Assembly (NCBI GenBank): GCA_030603365.1 | Contig: JAUVXV010000003.1 | Coordinates: 96,001-160,000, forward strand | Direction: 5' to 3' | DNA length: 64,000 nt | DNA from: Candidatus Heimdallarchaeota archaeon | GTDB taxonomy: Archaea; Asgardarchaeota; Heimdallarchaeia; Heimdallarchaeales; Heimdallarchaeaceae | Shown: positions 57,536 through 64,000 of the stretch, piece after piece | Layout of the letters: each line of letters begins with the position of its first letter | Position numbering within the stretch: position 1 is the stretch's first letter | The notes under the pieces: model-generated | The model's input: the letters and a program-made list of their open reading frames with translations, nothing else | What the model was told of the DNA's origin: nothing | The model's database searches: none | Translations under genes and position numbers: made by a program

Positions 57536-58902
57536 AGGAAGAAAAATCAATAGATATAGATACAGGAGATAAAACACCTGAATCCATTGAGAAAAATCCT
57601 GTGATAACAACACTATGGATAGGTTTCACTATCTCTGTTCTTAGTATCATAAGTATATTGATTTTAACATTAGCATTCAATCAAACTTATGATGATTTGT
57701 TCTTCAGAATAATCTTAGGTATTTTTGTAGTAGGGGTTCTGTTTTTATTCTTTGCTTTAATTCTACGTAGATTAAGAAGAAAGGGAATCGATTACTTTGT
57801 AACAGGAGCAATAACAGCCTACATAGGCTTCATTTTAGTGTCTTTTCCAGCTATTCTATTTGCAGTAGGTGTGACTTCTTTCGAACGCGATTATATCTTC
57901 TATATCTTAATGGCAACAGGTGTGATATTGATTATCTTTGGTTTCTTTTTTGAAGCATATGATCTTAATTTGAAGTTAATTGCTTTGATGAAGAAATTAA
58001 AAGAAGCATTGAAAAGAATCTGGAAGAAGATTAGCTGGAAACTATTCCTTTCTCCATGGAATTTATTGTCTGTGGCTGGAATAACAATAATCATTCTTGC
58101 AGCTGTAAAAGTGTTAGAGTTTATCAACCCATTATATTGGTATTTGATAGGTGGAGGATTAATTCTAATAAACATAGTCTGGCATTTCAGAAAAGAAATA
58201 GCAGAAATCCTTGTTAACCTTGGCAAAGTAATAACAACACTATTCCAAGCATGGTGGAGAGCTATAAAACAGATTCCTCAGATTATGAAGAAATTTGGAA
58301 TATGGATATACACCAAAACAATAGAGATAATAAAAGTAGTAGGGAAGGCAATAAAATTCTTTGTTATTAGAAATTATTTGATTCTATTTGTATTTGGAAT
58401 TTCTATGTTCATTGTTTTGCATTATCTGGGAATATTCAATCTCGAGATTCGTATCGCATTATCTTCCTTAGTATGTGGAATTGCTATAGTTAAGCCTATC
58501 ATAGATTGGAGAGAACATTTTGGAGAAGACATCAGTACTGCCAGGATGTACCTCTATAAAACAGCTCAGAAGACTAAGCGTATTTTCCAATATAGAAAAC
58601 TAACAAGATGCCCAAATTGCAATAGACCTAACGAAATTCTTAGAGAGTATTGTTGGAATTGTAATGAGTTATTACCAAAATGTATGATTTGCAGTAGTAA
58701 GGTTGAGAAAGGGACAAAAATAGCTAAATGTCAATTGTGTAATAACATCTTTCACATTGACCATCTAGAAACATGGTTAAGATTCAATACTAAATGTCCA
58801 GTCTGTAAAGAAACAATAGATAAGAAAGAAGAAGAATTCCTTCCTGAATCTACATATGAAGAAGAGTTGATTGAAGATATAACTCCAACTCTTGATCCAT
58901 GA
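57532..58902 (+). CDS. polytopic membrane protein with C-terminal Zn-finger plus RING-H2-like domain (putative E3 ligase)
   Basis: ATGA overlap with the upstream gene; CPNC..CWNC..CMIC..CQLC..FHIDH...W..CPVC. Confidence 0.82.
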   Translation: MKEEKSIDIDTGDKTPESIEKNPVITTLWIGFTISVLSIISILILTLAFNQTYDDLFFRIILGIFVVGVLFLFFALILRRLRRKGIDYFVTGAITAYIGFILVSFPAILFAVGVTSFERDYIFYILMATGVILIIFGFFFEAYDLNLKLIALMKKLKEALKRIWKKISWKLFLSPWNLLSVAGITIIILAAVKVLEFINPLYWYLIGGGLILINIVWHFRKEIAEILVNLGKVITTLFQAWWRAIKQIPQIMKKFGIWIYTKTIEIIKVVGKAIKFFVIRNYLILFVFGISMFIVLHYLGIFNLEIRIALSSLVCGIAIVKPIIDWREHFGEDISTARMYLYKTAQKTKRIFQYRKLTRCPNCNRPNEILREYCWNCNELLPKCMICSSKVEKGTKIAKCQLCNNIFHIDHLETWLRFNTKCPVCKETIDKKEEEFLPESTYEEELIEDITPTLDP

Positions 58903-60498
58903 TTAGTAATAGATACTCTCATCTTTAGTATAATATTCTTCAATTTTAAAGATCTTCTTAGATATAGCTACAAAGGGTAGGGCAAAGATTAGCATAAATG
59001 CAATTGAGAAGAACATGATGTAAAACATATTATCTCCAGTATAGTATTCAAAAATACCTAGATTTAGAGTATCGACTAAGGATAACACACCTACTACAGC
59101 AAAACCTGCTCCAAGAATAGTGTAAATAACTGCAATTAGATACACTCTGATTTTCTTGTTCCATTGAAATTTCTTTCCTGCTTTAATCTTATTTCCTCCT
59201 AAAAATCCATTTCCTAGAGGAATGAGCAAGAATGGTGCCATTAGAGCCCCATATAACATAAAGAAAAGAACATACCACCATTTGAATTTGAAGTCATTTG
59301 ATTTCTTTGAATAAGCTCCAACAAATCCAAAAACACCAAAATAAACTAGAGCTATAATCACAGGCATAATAATGAGAGCGAGTTGATCAATGCCAAGAGC
59401 TCGATACATTGGCATATCTGTGAAGTAATGCACAATGAAAAGCGCTCCCATGAAATAAAATGCAGTTAAAACAACCACAACAGTTGAATTCATGAAAATA
59501 TCTACTCTTTGACGAAGTCGTAATTTACTAACAATAAGCTCTTTCTTATGATCCAAAACTGCACCAAATTGTCCTTTTGTCCATCTGAACATCTGAGACA
59601 TTTTATGGTCAAAAGATTCAGTAGACAAACCTTTTGCAGCTACTTCATTTAACCAATATCCATAGTGACCTTTTGCAGCTATAGTAATGTAGTGATCATA
59701 ATCTTCAGATAGTTTGTTTTCAGGTAGAGGATAGAGATGTTCTTTTCGAAAACAGGCTGAAGTACCAAAGAAAACAACAGATTTTATTCTTCTCTTCCCA
59801 CCTTCTGCAACAAACAATTGGTGAGTAGACATAGTCTCCCAAATATGAAGAAAATTAGTTACGCTTCTGAACTCATACTTAGCTTGAATGAAAGCATACT
59901 CTGGGTATTGTTCTAGAATAGCTACAAACTTATCTAAAATATCAGGAACGGGTATTTGATCAGAATCAAAAACTACAACATATGTCGCTTTTGATTTCAC
60001 TAAGGTTTGATTAACAACGCCTGCTTTGTAGGATCTGCCTTTTCCTCGCAAATAGGTGAAATTATACTTCTCGGCTAATTTTTCAGCAGATTCCTGATAT
60101 TCTGGTAAGGAATTATCATCTGCGATCCAGACATTGAAATTGGGATAAGTGAATTTACTGCAACCCTCAAGAGTTTCATTGAGAATTTTCGGATTGACAT
60201 TATGAACTGGAACTATCACATCTACAGAAGGATGTTCTTTTAGTTTCTTGATATCGTAATCAATAGCTCCTATGTCAAGATAACCATCAATATTCTGAAT
60301 TAGGAAATAAGTGGCATACAATGGACCTAAGAGTTCGAAAATGAGTACGAGCAGATTTAGGATAACTCCACCAGCTCCTAAATTAACATAGTTAACGACA
60401 AAAGCAGCAATAGAAGAGCCAAAATAAAGAAGAAAGAGACAATATAAGATGAAACCGAAAATGTGATTCAGTCGACTGAGGGTTTTCTTGGTTGGCAT
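58903..60498 (-). CDS. processive GT2 glycosyltransferase (cellulose synthase-like)
   Basis: ADD, KAG, FDSD, SED and QMFRW (QxxRW) motifs; N- and C-terminal TM helices. Confidence 0.9.
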   Translation of the reverse strand: MPTKKTLSRLNHIFGFILYCLFLLYFGSSIAAFVVNYVNLGAGGVILNLLVLIFELLGPLYATYFLIQNIDGYLDIGAIDYDIKKLKEHPSVDVIVPVHNVNPKILNETLEGCSKFTYPNFNVWIADDNSLPEYQESAEKLAEKYNFTYLRGKGRSYKAGVVNQTLVKSKATYVVVFDSDQIPVPDILDKFVAILEQYPEYAFIQAKYEFRSVTNFLHIWETMSTHQLFVAEGGKRRIKSVVFFGTSACFRKEHLYPLPENKLSEDYDHYITIAAKGHYGYWLNEVAAKGLSTESFDHKMSQMFRWTKGQFGAVLDHKKELIVSKLRLRQRVDIFMNSTVVVVLTAFYFMGALFIVHYFTDMPMYRALGIDQLALIIMPVIIALVYFGVFGFVGAYSKKSNDFKFKWWYVLFFMLYGALMAPFLLIPLGNGFLGGNKIKAGKKFQWNKKIRVYLIAVIYTILGAGFAVVGVLSLVDTLNLGIFEYYTGDNMFYIMFFSIAFMLIFALPFVAISKKIFKIEEYYTKDESIYY

Positions 60499-60592
60499 AG
60501 ATAATCAAACAATCATTAGTACCTATTATTAAATTTTTACAAACAAGTTTTACAAACCCATGTTTAAGAGCTAATTTATCTGCTGAATGATT

Positions 60593-60607
60593 TTTGGTAA
60601 AACTAAA
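60593..60607. promoter_or_regulatory. possible DtxR/IdeR-type metal-regulator box upstream of the iron permease
   Basis: TTTGG-TAAAA-CTAAA imperfect palindrome. Confidence 0.25.
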
Positions 60608-60659
60608 CCTTTTTTTGATGATTGACGAAATGTTGCATGACTTTTAGCAGGGAATTAAG

Positions 60660-61520
60660 ATGTTCAGTACAGTTAGTTTTCTAATTACACTTCGAGAAGC
60701 AATAGAAGCAGCCCTTATCATAGGGATTCTGCTAGTTTATGTTACCAAAATAGGTGAAAAGAAATTTAGAAAACAAATATGGATTGGAACAGGAATTGGT
60801 GTCCTTCTTTCAATTCTCTCTGCTGTGATTTTCCAATTTGTACTAGGAGGATTTGCTAGTTATGAAGAGATTTTTGAAGGATTTGCAATGATATTTGCTT
60901 CATTATTATTGACATGGATGATTATTTGGATGGTAAAAGCAAGTAAGAACCTTAGAGAAAAAATTGAAGCCAAAGTAGATAATACAATATTAAATCAGCA
61001 GAAATATGGTCTTTTAGCACTAGCCTTAATTTCTGTATTTCGAGAAGGAATCGAGACTGTACTTTTTTTGGCTGGTGTTGGAGCTGTTGAGGAGAACTTC
61101 TGGGTAGTATTGTGGTCGGGAATATTGGGAATAGTGGTTGCTATTGTAATATCAATATTGATTTTCTATTCAGGGAAGAAAATTAACCTCAAATGGTTTT
61201 TCTTAATAACAAGTTTCTTGCTGATACTTTTTGCAGCCGGAATGATAACTCACGGTTTTCATGAATTTCAAGAAATTGGATGGTTTGGATCTGAAACTCA
61301 TTGGTTCCAACAGTATGTGTGGGATAGCAGTGCTATTCTTAACGATAAAACAAGTGAATTAGGTAAATTCCTAAGAGCTTTGTTTGGATATCAAGATAAA
61401 CCAACGTGGTTAGAGATAATAGTATACTTAAGTTTCTATGTGATTTTAGGGTTGATTTTCATAATTACAAGTTGGATTTCAAAGAGAAGAGAACTTGAAA
61501 TTGAAGAATCCACTACTTGA
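60660..61520 (+). CDS. FTR1/EfeU family iron permease
   Basis: Two RExxE motifs (REAIE, REGIE); about 7 TM helices; HEFQE. Confidence 0.92.
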   Translation: MFSTVSFLITLREAIEAALIIGILLVYVTKIGEKKFRKQIWIGTGIGVLLSILSAVIFQFVLGGFASYEEIFEGFAMIFASLLLTWMIIWMVKASKNLREKIEAKVDNTILNQQKYGLLALALISVFREGIETVLFLAGVGAVEENFWVVLWSGILGIVVAIVISILIFYSGKKINLKWFFLITSFLLILFAAGMITHGFHEFQEIGWFGSETHWFQQYVWDSSAILNDKTSELGKFLRALFGYQDKPTWLEIIVYLSFYVILGLIFIITSWISKRRELEIEESTT

Positions 61521-61612
61521 CCCTCAATGTAACATTTAAAAGTATGAAAAGTAATAGTTGAGAATAGAACCATTAGAGGTTAATAATTCTAAAATATTAA
61601 AGAGGTATAAAC

Positions 61613-62596
61613 ATGGTAGAAGTATTAGAATGGCCACTTGGAAAAGGAAATGAAATAATGTACAGACATCCTCGTGATACTATCAACTGGGGAGATATGG
61701 TAAATGTTCTTCCAAACCAAGTTGCAGTATTCATCAAAGATTCAGTAGTCTATGATGTTCTTAAGGGTGGAAGACACTTGATGAAAACCAAGAATATTCC
61801 ATTTTTGACAACATTACTATCCAGAATAGTTGGATATGACAAAAGTCCGTTTAACTGTCAAGTTGTCTTTGTCAATATGGCTGATTTTCAAGGTAAATTC
61901 GGAGGGCGATCACAAACACAGGAATTAGCTCCTCTGCAATTCTTTGGCGATTATTACTACAAGATAGATGATATACAGAAATTTGTTTTTGAAATAGCAG
62001 GAAACAGAAATATCTATACAACAGCTGCATTCAATGAATTCTTTCGCTCATTTATTGTGGAATCTGTTATTAGCAAACTATCAGAAAAAAGTATAGTTGA
62101 TCTAATGTCCAATTTAGGAAAAACTTCAGATTTCGTAGAAGATGAAGTAAAACCTGATCTCAAAGAATTCGGAATAAAATTGAAAACTTTAAAGTTTGGA
62201 GGCCTAGATACTACACCTGAATACAGAGATAGACTCTTCTGGATGCGTTCAGGTGTTTCTGCAAATCAAGTACAACAGTATGCTGGAATGGCAAAAGTAG
62301 TTGAAAAACTCCCAGAAGGTGGTAGTGGATTGACAGGAGCTGTTATGATTAACAATCTTTTCTCAAGAGGCGAAATAAAACAAGCCAACAAGATTGAAGA
62401 GAAAGGAGATGTTGAAGCAGCTTTTATTACTTGTAACCAATGTAAGAACAAAATTTCTCCAGCAGCTAAATTCTGTGCAAGCTGTGGTGATCCAACTGAC
62501 GATGAAAAGAGTGGCAAAATGAAGTTTTGCACCAACTGTGGATCTAAGAATGATACTGGCGCTAAATTCTGTGGCAACTGTGGTGACAAGATCTAA
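61613..62596 (+). CDS. SPFH (band 7)-like domain protein with C-terminal double Zn ribbon
   Basis: V.PNQVAVF.KD..V.D....GRH.M.T.NIP; CNQC/CASC/CTNC/CGNC. Confidence 0.85.
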   Translation: MVEVLEWPLGKGNEIMYRHPRDTINWGDMVNVLPNQVAVFIKDSVVYDVLKGGRHLMKTKNIPFLTTLLSRIVGYDKSPFNCQVVFVNMADFQGKFGGRSQTQELAPLQFFGDYYYKIDDIQKFVFEIAGNRNIYTTAAFNEFFRSFIVESVISKLSEKSIVDLMSNLGKTSDFVEDEVKPDLKEFGIKLKTLKFGGLDTTPEYRDRLFWMRSGVSANQVQQYAGMAKVVEKLPEGGSGLTGAVMINNLFSRGEIKQANKIEEKGDVEAAFITCNQCKNKISPAAKFCASCGDPTDDEKSGKMKFCTNCGSKNDTGAKFCGNCGDKI

Positions 62597-62630
62597 AATT
62601 CTTTTTCTTTTCTTTCTTTTTCTTATTTTC
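62597..62630 (+). terminator. oligo-T terminator tract
   Basis: TTCTTTTTCTTTTCTTTCTTTTTTC after the stop codon. Confidence 0.5.
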
Positions 62631-62764
62631 AGAAAAATTGTTAGCTTAATATTCCTTTAACAATTACTAAGCCAACAAGTAAAATAATATCTGTAGGATT
62701 TGTTCTATTGCAGAACAGAAGTGTTCTGGAAAGGGGTTTATAAAAGATAAAATTATGGGATAAA

Positions 62765-63526
62765 ATGAGTATTATGAAAATTAAACCAATCAATAAAAGC
62801 ATTATTTTTGGAGTAGTAACGGCTTTACTAACAACTTCATTAATAATAGGTGTTTATTTAGGAATAACTTCTACCGAAAAAAATCAGTTTTTACCCCCCT
62901 TCGAATGGGATTCCTCCTCACTAAAAACTCTTTCTTTACAGATGAATGAGCGTTCAGAGTATATATTAGCAACTTCTATAGAAACCAACATCAATGATAG
63001 TAGTGGTATGATGGTTTCTTATTTCAATCATTCCGTTCATTCAATTTATAGTTGGTATAATACTGAAACAGAAGAATGGCTGTTGGTAATAAACGACTAC
63101 CTTAATAGTAGTCAGGATTATGATACAATTTACAAAATCCAACCAGATATTTTATCTCCATTTTATCTTTCCCTAAATGCTGATCTCCAAACAATACAAA
63201 ATCAAGTTGATATAAGCGAGAATTACAGTGAAGAATTAGCATTAAGAGAATCTGCTGACCTCGCTATAATATCTATAATGATAACACATGCATATCAAGA
63301 TGGAACATTGATTATTGTTGAAGCTTTTGAAAACACTATTTTAGTACGTCTCATAAGTTTTATAGCGTATCATGGTGATTTTAATAGCTGGGGTGTAGAA
63401 ATAGACCCCAAAGCAGAATTTGATGATGGTAGGGTTAAGTATGATATCTTTTACAAGGCAGATATTCCTGAGTTCTTACCAAATTATACAAATGCAACTA
63501 ATGCGTTTTTAGAACTATTTTACTAA
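62765..63526 (+). CDS. membrane-anchored/secreted hypothetical protein
   Basis: N-terminal hydrophobic helix; acidic, sequon-rich remainder. Confidence 0.75.
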   Translation: MSIMKIKPINKSIIFGVVTALLTTSLIIGVYLGITSTEKNQFLPPFEWDSSSLKTLSLQMNERSEYILATSIETNINDSSGMMVSYFNHSVHSIYSWYNTETEEWLLVINDYLNSSQDYDTIYKIQPDILSPFYLSLNADLQTIQNQVDISENYSEELALRESADLAIISIMITHAYQDGTLIIVEAFENTILVRLISFIAYHGDFNSWGVEIDPKAEFDDGRVKYDIFYKADIPEFLPNYTNATNAFLELFY

Positions 63527-63548
63527 ATCTCTCGGAAAACGTGATTCA

Positions 63549-64000
63549 ATGAATAAGCAACCAGAAACCAAATTCGAGCAAATACTTACAAATCCAATCA
63601 CACTAAAGATTTTCATTTTCTTAAAATCAAAAAATCCTGGAAGCGTAGGAATACGTGAAGTAATGAGAGCAACCAAAATGAAAAGTTCAAGCACAGTTAG
63701 TCGGCATCTAGAAACAATGGATGAAATTGGGTTAGTTCAAAAACTCCCATCAAATAGATACGTTTTAACTTCTAATGGTTTATCAATACGAAGTTTCCAA
63801 GTTCCAGTAAAATTAACTACAAATCTGTTTAAAGGATACTTTGTCCCAATCTCTACCTATCAAATCAGTTTTTTAGTTGTGATGAGTCTTTTAACATTCA
63901 TACTATTATGGTATGATATGTTACTTGCTGCAATAAATGGATTAGTAGGACTAATCATTGGATTATTGATAAGCTTGAAACAATGGTTCACAATAATGAA
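63549..64000 (+). CDS. membrane-tethered winged-HTH regulator (3'-truncated, not in the ORF track)
   Basis: Manual translation MNKQPE...NPITLKIF...GIREVMRA...SSSTVSRHLETM...GLV, then two hydrophobic helices; open to the window end. Confidence 0.8.
   Translation, partial: MNKQPETKFEQILTNPITLKIFIFLKSKNPGSVGIREVMRATKMKSSSTVSRHLETMDEIGLVQKLPSNRYVLTSNGLSIRSFQVPVKLTTNLFKGYFVPISTYQISFLVVMSLLTFILLWYDMLLAAINGLVGLIIGLLISLKQWFTIM

Noticed and set aside
189-62589. Many 60-130 aa ORFs nested in or antisense to longer genes
   Set aside because: Shadow ORFs with no motifs, overlapping well-supported CDSs.
1-64000. Mobile elements or provirus
   Set aside because: No transposase, integrase, terminal repeats or viral hallmark genes recognised; composition looks uniform by eye.

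Overview
AT-rich, densely coding archaeal chromosome segment. It is very likely Asgard (Heimdallarchaeia-like by inference), based on five small GTPases with C-terminal longin/roadblock-like domains, longin/uDENN-like proteins, a gelsolin-like domain, a RING protein and archaeal EndA. No rRNA, tRNA, CRISPR array or mobile element was recognised. The most striking locus is 1-9653. Two tandem single-pass surface proteins with large Ig-like ectodomains end in cytoplasmic longin/uDENN-like domains that keep the 'F-x4-GP' strand motif and an 'ARG' loop resembling the GAP arginine finger of FLCN/SMCR8/NPRL2. They sit directly beside two convergent Rag-family GTPases, suggesting a receptor-coupled Rag switch. 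Other highlights: a KaiC plus CxxC-bearing KaiB-like pair; an Arf / pseudo-Arf / longin-gelsolin operon; a CTL/SLC44-like transporter; an HhH-(PTAKK)n-eL33(L35Ae) fusion; a HerA ATPase with two small membrane paralogues; tandem pseudo-nucleotidyltransferases; a membrane-hairpin repeat protein coupled to a membrane ZnF-RING protein with GATOR2-like spacing; and a GDPD gene interrupted by an in-frame TGA. The rest is housekeeping and metabolic genes. All family calls come from motif recognition by eye; no database search was run.
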